From NCBI GenBank assembly GCA_964495075.1, contig CAZBUJ010000001.1, positions 78,539-142,538 of the forward strand: a stretch of 64,000 nucleotides of DNA, written 5' to 3'. The first letter of the stretch is position 1. Each line of letters begins with the position of its first letter. Below the pieces are notes generated by a model. The model was not told where the DNA came from. It did no database searches and saw only the letters and a program-made list of their open reading frames with translations. This DNA comes from an uncultured Phycisphaeraceae bacterium (GTDB lineage: Bacteria; Planctomycetota; Phycisphaerae; UBA1845). Below, piece by piece: positions 55,847-64,000 of this stretch. A program made the translations under genes and the position numbers.

Positions 55847-56149
55847 GGCCCGAACGGCTGACCACACACACGCCGGTCGATTGGGGAAACACCGAGGCCG
55901 GAATCCGTTATACAACTCACCCCTACCCGGCGCTCGTTTGTTTTCGGTTAAGTGCACGCTATCGTTGGTCGCCGGGCGCGGCGGGTGCGGCGGTGGACGG
56001 CGGCCGCGCACCCTGGGGGGTGCGGTGTAAGGGTTTTTCGTTTCGAGGGTTGCGACTCGGGTTGCCCTGCGGTAGCCTACGGCCCGTACATGGGCGGTCC
56101 GCGGTTGGCGCGCGGGCTCGCCGTGCCACCCGGCATGAGGAGATGATCT

Positions 56150-57691
56150 ATGGCCGACGAGGAAGTAACGGTCGATCAGGAGGAGCAGGACGTCGCGGAA
56201 TTGTCCGACGAGGAGCGGATGATGGAGCGCCTCAAGGAAGAGGCGGAACTGCACACGGAGGAGATCGGCACGCTTCGCCAGCGGCTGACCATCACCGTCC
56301 CGCGGTCGATCATCGACGATCAGTTGCGTAGTCAGCTCGACGAGCGCCGTCGTGAGGAGACGGTTCCGGGATTCCGCCGGGGCCGCGCACCGCTCAAGCT
56401 CGTCGAGAAGCGTTTTGGAAAGGAGATCGGGGAGGAGTTGTCGTCGCGCCTGGTGCTCAGCTCGTACATGGCGTTGACGGAGCGGGACGACGTCAAGACC
56501 CTCGGCGACCCGATGTTGCTCGTTCGGGTGCCGCCCGAGAAGAGCGAGGCGGGCGAGGGCAGCGAACGGCTCCTCACCCCGCAGGCGGGCATTCGCCACA
56601 TCAGGCTGCCCGACGACGGTCCGCTGGTCTACACGTGCGAGGTGGACGTGCAGCCGGAGTTCGAGTTGCCGCCGCTCGACGGCATCGCGATCACCCGTCC
56701 CAAGATCGAAGTGACGAGCGAGGAAATCGACGCGGAGTTGAAGCGCATGCTGGCCCTCCGCGGCCACTTCGCTCCCGTGGACGAGAAAGACAAGATCAAA
56801 GAGGACGACCTGCTGGTCGTCGCGTTCAAGGCCACCGTCGACGGCAGCGAGATCAAGGTGGAAGAGAACGCGCAGCTGGCGGCCCGCGACATGGCGTACG
56901 AAGGCATCATGCTGACCGGCCTGGGCAAGGCGGTGATCGGCAAGAAGGCCGGCGCGTCGGTGTCGTTCGGCGTCAAGATCCCCGACGGGTACTCCGAGGC
57001 CGACCTGCGTGGCAAGGCCTGCACGGTGGACCTCACGATCCACGACGTTAAGCGGCTGGTCATTCCCGAGGCGGACGAAGAGTTCCTGGAGAGCATGGGT
57101 TGCGAGTCGGAGGAGGAACTCCGCGGTCTGATCCAAAACGAGCTGGAAGCCTACATGGACATGCACGTCCGGGCCGCCACGCGGAAGAAAATCGACGAGT
57201 ACCTGCTGGCGAACACGCAACTCGAGATCCCGGAGGGCATCTCGACGCGGATGACGGAGCAGGCGGTGGCCACCCGGATGATCGAGAAGCTCCAGGAAGG
57301 GGTCCCGAGGGCCGAAATCGACAAGGAGATGGACGCGCTGCGGACCAGTGCGGCCGAGGAGGCCGCCCGGGAACTCAAACTGGCGTTCATCATGGAGTCC
57401 ATCGCCGAGGACCGCGAGGTGACGGTCACGGAAGAGGAGATCAACGGGGTCATCAACGACATCGCGCGCCGTCAGGGCTTGCGGTTCGACCGGGTGCGGG
57501 ACGAACTGATGAAACAGGACCGGATCCACACGCTGTACATGCGGCTGCGGAACGACAAGATCCGGGACATCCTCCTCGAAGAGGCCAAGATCACGGACGA
57601 GCCGGAGAAGCCGGCCAAGGCGACCAAGAAGAAATCGTCAAAGAAAACGGCCAAGAAAACCGCTAAGAAGAAGAAGACCAAGGACGGCTAG
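56150..57691 (+). CDS. tig: trigger factor, with acidic N-terminal extension and Lys-rich C-terminal tail
   Basis: 513 aa. VPGFRRGRAPLKLVEKRFG ribosome-binding-domain motif and a central FKBP-like region. Followed by two clpP genes. Tail is KPAKATKKKSSKKTAKKTAKKKKTKDG. Confidence 0.9.
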   Translation: MADEEVTVDQEEQDVAELSDEERMMERLKEEAELHTEEIGTLRQRLTITVPRSIIDDQLRSQLDERRREETVPGFRRGRAPLKLVEKRFGKEIGEELSSRLVLSSYMALTERDDVKTLGDPMLLVRVPPEKSEAGEGSERLLTPQAGIRHIRLPDDGPLVYTCEVDVQPEFELPPLDGIAITRPKIEVTSEEIDAELKRMLALRGHFAPVDEKDKIKEDDLLVVAFKATVDGSEIKVEENAQLAARDMAYEGIMLTGLGKAVIGKKAGASVSFGVKIPDGYSEADLRGKACTVDLTIHDVKRLVIPEADEEFLESMGCESEEELRGLIQNELEAYMDMHVRAATRKKIDEYLLANTQLEIPEGISTRMTEQAVATRMIEKLQEGVPRAEIDKEMDALRTSAAEEAARELKLAFIMESIAEDREVTVTEEEINGVINDIARRQGLRFDRVRDELMKQDRIHTLYMRLRNDKIRDILLEEAKITDEPEKPAKATKKKSSKKTAKKTAKKKKTKDG

Positions 57692-57759
57692 CGGTGTCCG
57701 GGTCCGCCCGGCGGATCCGAGGGCCCGTGCCCCAATGGAAGGTGAGACAGGATATCTCA

Positions 57760-58389
57760 ATGACCGATATCATCCGTCCCGACCCCCCGTCGATTCAGCA
57801 GTTCCCCCGTCGCGATCGCGATCACCGAGAGACGCTGGGCGAGCGGCTGCTCGAGAACCGGATTCTCTTTCTTTCCGGCGTGATCAACGAGTACGTGGCC
57901 AGCGAAGCGATCATGGCCCTGCTCTACCTGCAATCGATCAAGAAGGACCAGGACGTCAATCTCTACATCAACTCGCCCGGCGGGGTGGTGGACCAGACCC
58001 TGGCGATCTATGACACGATCCAGTTCATGGGGTGCGACGTCGCCACCTACTGCATCGGGCAGGCGGCCAGCGGGGCCGCCCTGCTGCTGATGGCCGGCAC
58101 CAAGGGCAAACGGTACATCCTGCCCAACGCCAAGGTGATGCTGCACCAGCCGAGTGGCGGGATCACGGGGCAGGCGGAGGACATCCGCATCCAGGCCGAA
58201 GAGATCCTCAAGGACAAGCGCCGTCTGAACGAGATCATCGCCAATCACACCGGCCAGTCGATTGAGAAAATCGAAGAGGAGACGGAGCGGGACCGGTACA
58301 TGACGGCCGAGCAGGCACTCGAGTACGGCGTGATCGACGAGATCCTCAAGGTCGAGCCCAAGGAAAGCAAGAAGAAGTCGAAGAAGTGA
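57760..58389 (+). CDS. clpP: ATP-dependent Clp protease proteolytic subunit (paralog 1)
   Basis: ATG 57760 gives 209 aa. INSPGG, catalytic Ser context [19 protein letters not shown] His context. Lys-rich tail KESKKKSKK. Confidence 0.95.
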   Translation: MTDIIRPDPPSIQQFPRRDRDHRETLGERLLENRILFLSGVINEYVASEAIMALLYLQSIKKDQDVNLYINSPGGVVDQTLAIYDTIQFMGCDVATYCIGQAASGAALLLMAGTKGKRYILPNAKVMLHQPSGGITGQAEDIRIQAEEILKDKRRLNEIIANHTGQSIEKIEEETERDRYMTAEQALEYGVIDEILKVEPKESKKKSKK

Positions 58390-58454
58390 TTCCCTCGAGC
58401 CTGGGCCGGCGGCGCCTCCGCCCCTGGGCCGGCCCCGCGGAGACAGCAGACGCC

Positions 58455-59060
58455 ATGGCGACGAATCAGCAGATACCGTTCATTATCGAACCCGGCGAGC
58501 ACGGGGAGCGGGCGTACGACATCTATTCCCGCCTGCTCAAGGATCGGATCATCTTCCTCGGCGGCGGTGTGGATGACGACGTGGCGGGGCTGGTGTGCGC
58601 CCAGCTCCTGTACCTGGCCAACGAGGACCCGAAGAAGGACATCAGTTTCTACATCAACTCGCCCGGCGGTGCGGTGTCGGCGGGGCTGGGCATTTACGAC
58701 ATGATGCAATCGGTGCCGTGCGACGTCGCGACGTACTGCCTGGGCATGGCCGCGAGCATGGGCGCGATTCTCATGTGCGGCGGTGCGCCCCGGAAACGGT
58801 TCCTCTTGCCCAATTCGCGGATGCTGCTACACCAGCCGCTGATCGGCGGGGTGATGTTCGGTGTGGCCACCGACCTGGCGATCGAGGCGGAGGAGATCAT
58901 CCGTATTCGCAAGCGACTGTACGCGATCCTTGCCCAGCGCACGGGCAAAAGCGAGGAGCAGATCGAGAGAGACTGCGATCGCAACAAGTGGCTGGATGCA
59001 CCGGAAGCGCTGGAGTACGGCCTGGCCGACAACATCGTCGAGAGGCTGCCCGCCCGTTGA
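58455..59060 (+). CDS. clpP: ATP-dependent Clp protease proteolytic subunit (paralog 2)
   Basis: ATG 58455 gives 201 aa. [42 protein letters not shown]. Confidence 0.95.
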   Translation: MATNQQIPFIIEPGEHGERAYDIYSRLLKDRIIFLGGGVDDDVAGLVCAQLLYLANEDPKKDISFYINSPGGAVSAGLGIYDMMQSVPCDVATYCLGMAASMGAILMCGGAPRKRFLLPNSRMLLHQPLIGGVMFGVATDLAIEAEEIIRIRKRLYAILAQRTGKSEEQIERDCDRNKWLDAPEALEYGLADNIVERLPAR

Positions 59061-59257
59061 TGCGGCCGGCGCCCGGATCGGCGCCGACTCCACAATCCTG
59101 TCTTTGATCGGCGGGGCCACTTCCTACGTCGCCCCGCCGTTTCTGTGCGCGGACACCTCTGGGCCACAAAGTCCGACACGCGGGTCAATTGCCGGTTCCT
59201 CCACCCGTTGTTATCATGTTCGTGGACAGTTTCCCGAACCTACCGCCGGAGTCGACC

Positions 59258-61159
59258 ATGCGTGCCATCCGCCCGGCTTGCCCGATGTGTTCTCATCGCC
59301 GCCGTCTGTCGTTGCTGGTCGTCGCGGTGGCGTTCTGCCTGGCGGCGCTGGACGTCCGGGGCGACGCCCACCATCGCGTGGCCGCCACGCAAGCGGCGGT
59401 GGCCGACTCGAGCCCCGAATTTTCGCCGGAGATCTGGGTGGCCCACGTGCACTACCTGGCCAGTGACGAGCTTGGCGGCCGCGGGGTCGGCACGGAGGGC
59501 ATTCACCGGGCCACCCGCTACATCGCCGATTGCTTCAAGCGGATCGGCCTGCAGCCCGGCGGGGAGAATGGCAGTTACTTCCAGACGTTCTCGCTGCACG
59601 CGGGAGCCGTTCGCACGGACGACGGCGAACTGATCGTGGAGGGGATCGAGTCGACACCGAAGTTCGATCAGGACTGCACCCCGTTGCCATTCTCCACCGG
59701 CGATGCCTTCGCAGGCGACGTGGTCTTCTGCGGCTACGGCATCTCCAGTGCCGAGCGGCGGCACGACGATTACCGGGACACCGATGTGACCGGGAAGGTG
59801 GTGTTGATCTTCCGCCGCGAGCCGCCTGCGTGGGAACCGGAAGAAGGACACTTCACGCCCTACGCCCTGTTTCAGCGCAAGGTGGTGAACGCCCAGAATC
59901 GCGGAGCGGCCGCCGTGCTGGTCGTCAACCAGGCGCTGGCGGACGGCGAAGATGACGTGCTGATCGGGTTTCGCGGTCGATCCGATACGTTGGCCTACGG
60001 GCTTCCCGCCTTTCACATCACGCGAGCCCTGGCGGCGGAGATGCTGGCGGCCGGCGGGCTCGAGTCGCTCGACGTGCTTCAGGGCAGAGTGGACGCGGGG
60101 GAGTTTCGCACGGCCCCGCTGTCCGGGGTGCGGGTCCGCGGCCAGGCCGGCATTCGCTGGTACTCGCCGCAGGTTCGCAACGTCATCGGGATCCTTCCCG
60201 GCCGTGGCCCGCGGGCCGATGAATTCGTGGTGCTCGGCGCGCACCACGACCACCTCGGCAACTGTGTTTCGGGCGAGGGCTACAGCCGCGGCCCCAAGGG
60301 GTCGGACGCGCCGGTCATTCACAACGGGGCCGACGACAATGCGTCGGGCACGGCGGGCGTGCTGGAACTGGCGGCCGCGTTCGCGGCGGGCCCACCGCTC
60401 GACCGGAGCCTGGTGTTCATGACGTTCACCGCCGAAGAGGCCGGGCTGCTCGGCAGCCAGCACTTCGTCACCCATCCCACGTTTTCGCTGGAAAAGACGG
60501 TGGCGATGCTGAACCTGGACATGATCGGGCGGGTGCCGGTCGGCGGGAACCGGGTGCGGGTGTTTGGGACGGGGTCCGGCGAGGGATTGCAGAAGGCCGT
60601 GGATGACGCGTCGGCCCGGGCGGACATGCCGGTGGAGTCGATTGGCCTCGGGCTCGGCGGCAGCGATCATCTCTGGTTCTACCGCTACAACATACCGGTC
60701 CTGCATTTTTACTCCGGGCAGCACGAAGACTACCACACGCCATCGGATGACACCGCCAGGATCAACGAGCAGGACGCGGTGCGGATCGTGGGCCTGGTCT
60801 ACGAGATCGCGCGGCACCTCGCCAGCGCCGCAACCCCGGTGGCCTTCCACAAGCCGGGCGCCGCGGACCCCGGCCGTCGGCGCCACGGATACAAGCTGGT
60901 CACGGGCATCATTCCGTCGTTTGACGAGCCGGCCGGGACGGGCATGAAGGTTGCGTTCGTGACCCCCGGCAGCCCGGCCGTCGCCGCCGGCCTGCTCGGC
61001 GGTGACCGGCTGATGAAGGTCGATGATAAGCCGGTCAACAGCGCCATGGAATTCATCGACGCGCTCGCGGGTCATGAGCCTGGTGATGTTCTGACGCTGG
61101 CGGTAAAGAGGGATGATGAGGAATTGACCCTGGCGCTCGTGCTGGTCGCGGCAGACTGA
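59258..61159 (+). CDS. M28-family aminopeptidase with PA domain and C-terminal PDZ domain
   Basis: ATG 59258 gives 633 aa. Signal LSLLVVAVAFCLAAL. GAHHDHLG and GADDNASGTAGVLELA zinc-ligand motifs, PA-like insert, C-terminal PDZ (GMKVAFVTPGSPAVAAGLLGGDRLMKVD). Confidence 0.85.
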   Translation: MRAIRPACPMCSHRRRLSLLVVAVAFCLAALDVRGDAHHRVAATQAAVADSSPEFSPEIWVAHVHYLASDELGGRGVGTEGIHRATRYIADCFKRIGLQPGGENGSYFQTFSLHAGAVRTDDGELIVEGIESTPKFDQDCTPLPFSTGDAFAGDVVFCGYGISSAERRHDDYRDTDVTGKVVLIFRREPPAWEPEEGHFTPYALFQRKVVNAQNRGAAAVLVVNQALADGEDDVLIGFRGRSDTLAYGLPAFHITRALAAEMLAAGGLESLDVLQGRVDAGEFRTAPLSGVRVRGQAGIRWYSPQVRNVIGILPGRGPRADEFVVLGAHHDHLGNCVSGEGYSRGPKGSDAPVIHNGADDNASGTAGVLELAAAFAAGPPLDRSLVFMTFTAEEAGLLGSQHFVTHPTFSLEKTVAMLNLDMIGRVPVGGNRVRVFGTGSGEGLQKAVDDASARADMPVESIGLGLGGSDHLWFYRYNIPVLHFYSGQHEDYHTPSDDTARINEQDAVRIVGLVYEIARHLASAATPVAFHKPGAADPGRRRHGYKLVTGIIPSFDEPAGTGMKVAFVTPGSPAVAAGLLGGDRLMKVDDKPVNSAMEFIDALAGHEPGDVLTLAVKRDDEELTLALVLVAAD

Positions 61160-61222
61160 AGGCTTGACACCGGACGCTCCACGGAGCCGGCCGGTGGATC
61201 CCGGCAAGACGGGTCACGCGGA

Positions 61223-61621
61223 ATGACGACGGAATCAACCCCCTTCGAGTTGCAGGTTCGGGTCCGGTACGCGGAGTGCGATGCGTTCGGAATCCTCCAT
61301 CACGCCAAGTACTTCGAGTACTTCGAGATGGCCCGCACCGAGTTGCTTCGTGACCAGGGCATCCGTTATCGCGACCTCGAGGCCCGCGGTGTGTTCTTCG
61401 TGGTTGCCCAAATCGAGTGCCGCTACAGAGCACCAATCCGCTACGACGACATCGTCACCCTACGCACGTGGGTGACCCGGAAGACGCGCACGCGGGTGGA
61501 TCACGCGTACGAGGTCCTGGTCGACGGTCGCCTGGTGTGCGAAGCGACCTCGACCTTGGCTTGCGTGGGAGGCGACGGCCGCCCCATCCTCATGCCCGAG
61601 GAGATGTGGCCCGGCCGGTAA
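61223..61621 (+). CDS. YbgC/FadM-type acyl-CoA thioesterase (4HBT hotdog fold)
   Basis: 132 aa. VRVRYAECDAFGILHHAKYFEYFE with catalytic Asp context, and ECRYRAPIRYDD. Confidence 0.85.
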   Translation: MTTESTPFELQVRVRYAECDAFGILHHAKYFEYFEMARTELLRDQGIRYRDLEARGVFFVVAQIECRYRAPIRYDDIVTLRTWVTRKTRTRVDHAYEVLVDGRLVCEATSTLACVGGDGRPILMPEEMWPGR

Positions 61622-61781
61622 CGGTTCGCGACCGATCCTCACGTTCGTCAACGCGTCCGCCGCACCGGCTGCGGGATCGACCGCCGGCGCCGCGTGCATC
61701 GATTCCCGCCCGCCATTCCACGCGGGCGCGGCGGCAGCCCCGATTATCACGGGTGGGGCGCGCCAACATCTCACGCGTGCC

Positions 61782-61809
61782 TTGATTGGTATGTCCCTTA
61801 GAGTATCAT
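61782..61809 (+). promoter_or_regulatory. putative sigma70-type promoter (TTGATT-16 nt-TATCAT) for the PHP-like/amphi-Trp/PhoU operon
   Basis: TTGATT at 61782-61787 and TATCAT at 61804-61809. Would give a GC-rich leader of about 160 nt before GTG 61975. Confidence 0.35.
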
Positions 61810-61974
61810 GCGCCTGGCGGCGCAGCCGATGCCCGGTCGCGTTGATGTCGAGTCTCCGGCGAGCCCGACCGCCGGGCGCGGGGGGTCGCCGGCGGGCGAG
61901 TGCGACCGGGGCTGCTGCGGCCGGGGCGGCGGCCCGGGGACTCCGGCGTGCGAGGGGTGCAACGGAGGCGTGCG

Positions 61975-63135
61975 GTGGAGGCGTTCAAACTGCAACACGT
62001 CAAGCAGGACGGGATCGACCTGGCCACCATCGATCCGAATGTCACGGAATGGGATCAGCAGGCGTTTCTGCGGATCGTCTCGACCGACCTGACGCCGGAA
62101 CAGAAGGCCCGGATCGTGGAACCGCCCGTCGTCCACGCGAAGCAGAACGCGGTGGTCGCCGTCCACTGGCATCCGGAGTTCGTTCCGATGGAGCTGATCA
62201 TGCAGCGCGTCGACCGGATGTTTCCCAATCGGCGCGCGGAGCTGATCATCCCCACCCAACACAACGTTCTCCTGCCGCTCGACGGGTACGCCGGCGTCGA
62301 GATCGACTGCTACTCCACCGGATTCAACCGCAAGGTCCAGTTGCTGACCCACTTTGCCGCGTCGCGGGTGGAGCAGGCCGACGTGTTCGAGGCGATGCTG
62401 GCCCACACGTTCAAGTACCGCGCGAGTCAGTTGTTCGAGTTCATCGATTCCATTCTGGATCCGGTCTTCCAGGACCGGGTCGACCGGGCGGCGAAGAAGA
62501 CCGGTGCGTCGGACGACCTGGTCCGTTTCATGCGGATCCACGTGTCCAAGGTCAAGCAGTTGATCGATCGAAACGAAGGGGTGACGCCGCCCGACATGGT
62601 GAAGAACAAGCTGCTGCGCAACTACTTCAACGCGCTGCGTGACCACTACGACGAGTCGCTCATCCACCGTGCCCAGGTGTTCTTGCAGGCGATCAAGAAG
62701 ATCGTGAAATACGGCTTCAAGCTCACCTACTTCTACCGTACGGAAGAAGTGATCGAGGAAGTACGGGCGTTGGGTGGAGCGATCGTGATCCCCCACCCCG
62801 AACAGTTCTGGCCGATCCTGCTGGCCGACTACGACGTGGACGGGATCGAGGTCTGGAACCCCCAGTCCCAGGAGTACACGGAGTTTCTGATCAACGTGGT
62901 GCACCGCGAGAACAAGAAGCGGCGGACCGGCGAACGGCCGTTGCTGATTTTCATGGGGGACGACACGCACTTCGGCGAGAAGGTGATCGATCCCGATCGA
63001 CAGGACCCGGAGAAGGCGGGTCGCCAGTTGGGTGTGCAGTCCGCGTGGGACGATCTTTCGATCCGCAAGAGCCTGATCATCGCCCATGCCGACCGCCCCA
63101 ATCTGATCGCGGAGTACAAGAGCCGCCTGTCGTGA
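61975..63135 (+). CDS. hypothetical protein with PHP-like metal-phosphoesterase motifs
   Basis: GGAGG (61964-61968) then GTG 61975 gives 386 aa. AVHWHPEF (HxH), IVIPHPEQFW, GIEVWNPQ and FMGDDTHFG (DxH) resemble PHP motifs split by a long helical insert. Composition is clearly coding, whereas the antisense ORF 61798..63087 is not. Confidence 0.6.
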   Translation: MEAFKLQHVKQDGIDLATIDPNVTEWDQQAFLRIVSTDLTPEQKARIVEPPVVHAKQNAVVAVHWHPEFVPMELIMQRVDRMFPNRRAELIIPTQHNVLLPLDGYAGVEIDCYSTGFNRKVQLLTHFAASRVEQADVFEAMLAHTFKYRASQLFEFIDSILDPVFQDRVDRAAKKTGASDDLVRFMRIHVSKVKQLIDRNEGVTPPDMVKNKLLRNYFNALRDHYDESLIHRAQVFLQAIKKIVKYGFKLTYFYRTEEVIEEVRALGGAIVIPHPEQFWPILLADYDVDGIEVWNPQSQEYTEFLINVVHRENKKRRTGERPLLIFMGDDTHFGEKVIDPDRQDPEKAGRQLGVQSAWDDLSIRKSLIIAHADRPNLIAEYKSRLS

Positions 63136-63437
63136 TGGAGGCGAACATGGCGAATCGAACAGGGCATGGGAAAGCCCAATTCAAGCACGATTCCATCCAG
63201 GACCGGGAATCGATCGTCGAGTACCTGACCGCGCTGACGGAGGGAATCGCCGCCGGGAGCCTGGACCTGCGGTCGGACAGCGGCGAGATCAACCTGACGC
63301 CGAAGGGACTGTTGCGGTTTCGCGTGGAGGCGCGCCGCGGCGTGTATCGTACCGGCCTGATCCTCAAGATCAGCTGGCGCAAGGAGGTGCCGGACGACGA
63401 GGAAGGATCGCTGCATATCACGCCGGGCGAGGCGTAG
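63135..63437 (+). CDS. amphi-Trp domain protein
   Basis: 100 aa. SIQDRESIVEYLTALTEGIAAGSLDLRSDSGEINLTPKGLLRFRVEARR...LILKISWRKE has the typical amphi-Trp layout ending in ISW. The ATG overlaps the upstream stop (GTGATGG). Confidence 0.7.
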   Translation: MEANMANRTGHGKAQFKHDSIQDRESIVEYLTALTEGIAAGSLDLRSDSGEINLTPKGLLRFRVEARRGVYRTGLILKISWRKEVPDDEEGSLHITPGEA

Positions 63438-63446
63438 GATCGGATC

Positions 63447-64000
63447 ATGCTCAGTTATCACGGGATCGCCCGCAACTTCAAGTTCATGGTGGTGCAGGCC
63501 ACCCGGCAGCTCGAAAAGACGCGGGATTTGCTCCGGGCGCCCGACCCGCACCTGGTTGAGGCCGTCCAGAACAGCGATGACTACATCGATACCCAGAAGG
63601 CGATGATCGAGAATGAGTGCTTCAAGTTCATCAGCCGGCACGATGCGGGAGACGCGCGGCGCGTGGACGCGGTGCGGGCCCTCAACGTCATCACGGCCAA
63701 CCTGGAGCGGGTCGCCGATTTCTCCGTCAACGTCGCCCGCCAGACCCGGTATCTAGGCGACTACGCGGTTCTCAAGCGGTTCGAATTCGAGCCCTATTTC
63801 ACGGCCTTGTTGGAGGGGATGTCCCTCATCGTGGACGCCATGTTCGAGCGGGACTCGTCGCTGGCTCTGCAGATCTGCCACGCGGAAGTCCTCACCGACC
63901 GGTTGTACCGCGCGGATATCGAGAAGGTCATCGCCGCCCTGCCGGAGACGCGCGAGCCGGAGCGGCTGATCACCGTCCTGTTCATCTGCCATTACCTGGA
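63447..64000 (+). CDS. PhoU-domain protein (3' end outside window)
   Basis: Not in the track because no stop falls within the window. MLSYHGIARNFKFMVVQATRQLEKTRDLL...DDYIDTQKAMIENECFKFI...ANLERVADFSVNVARQ is the two-repeat PhoU pattern. Starts 10 nt after the amphi-Trp gene. Confidence 0.75.
   Translation, partial: MLSYHGIARNFKFMVVQATRQLEKTRDLLRAPDPHLVEAVQNSDDYIDTQKAMIENECFKFISRHDAGDARRVDAVRALNVITANLERVADFSVNVARQTRYLGDYAVLKRFEFEPYFTALLEGMSLIVDAMFERDSSLALQICHAEVLTDRLYRADIEKVIAALPETREPERLITVLFICHYL

Noticed and set aside
52358-57529. 1723-aa ORF on the minus strand, the longest in the track
   Set aside because: It is antisense to the GH15-like gene, the intergenic spacer and tig. Its translation is Arg/Val/His/Asp/Pro/Gly-rich low complexity with no motifs, while both sense-strand proteins carry clear family signatures. 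It is the typical stop-poor antisense frame of high-GC coding DNA.

Overview
High-GC (roughly 65-70% by eye) bacterial chromosomal segment. The gene content suggests Planctomycetota, though this is inference only: a HYExAFE-family protein, a PEP-CTERM protein, dockerin-like tails on secreted hydrolases, many lipoproteins, and Lys-rich tails on housekeeping proteins. I can support about 52 protein-coding genes, 4 decayed genes and one tRNA. I saw no rRNA and no CRISPR array.

Gene order, left to right:
- fabD(partial)-fabG-acpP-fabF plus an orphan FliN-like gene.
- cca-rsmD on the minus strand.
- A YkgJ-type Cys-cluster protein and a lipoprotein.
- A decayed IS1380-type transposase beside a two-lobed retropepsin-like lipoprotein.
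- A HYExAFE protein followed by three small membrane proteins.
- An Arg-rich ArsR-like regulator translationally coupled to a homolog of the eukaryotic tRNA-queuosine mannosyltransferase (DUF3524/GTDC1 type).
- Fasciclin, and an ATP-grasp_ST protein.
- A three-gene two-component cluster: HTH-REC, HDOD histidine kinase, REC.
- mnmG, acs, crcB-DUF190, ade, an RDD protein, DinB, ltaE, phhA/phhB.
- tRNA-Gly(GCC), followed by a roughly 9 kb island. The island is flanked by two dead tyrosine integrases and carries a CzcCBA-type heavy-metal RND efflux operon with unusual Cys-rich accessories.
- A secreted-enzyme locus: S8 protease, PEP-CTERM protein, GH9, GH15.
- tig-clpP-clpP, an M28-PDZ peptidase, a thioesterase.
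- A PHP-like / amphi-Trp / PhoU operon that runs off the 3' edge.

Many long ORFs in the track are antisense shadows typical of high-GC DNA, and I rejected them. I did not find a clear-cut novel multi-gene system such as a defence island. The best leads are:
- The metal island accessories: tandem Cys3-His modules in CzcB, an uncalled 49-aa lipoprotein, and a Cys-rich secreted protein.
- The ArsR-like/QTMAN-homolog pair.
- The possible cohesin/dockerin-like surface enzyme locus.
- The PHP/amphi-Trp/PhoU operon.

All functional calls rest on motif recognition by eye. No database search was run.
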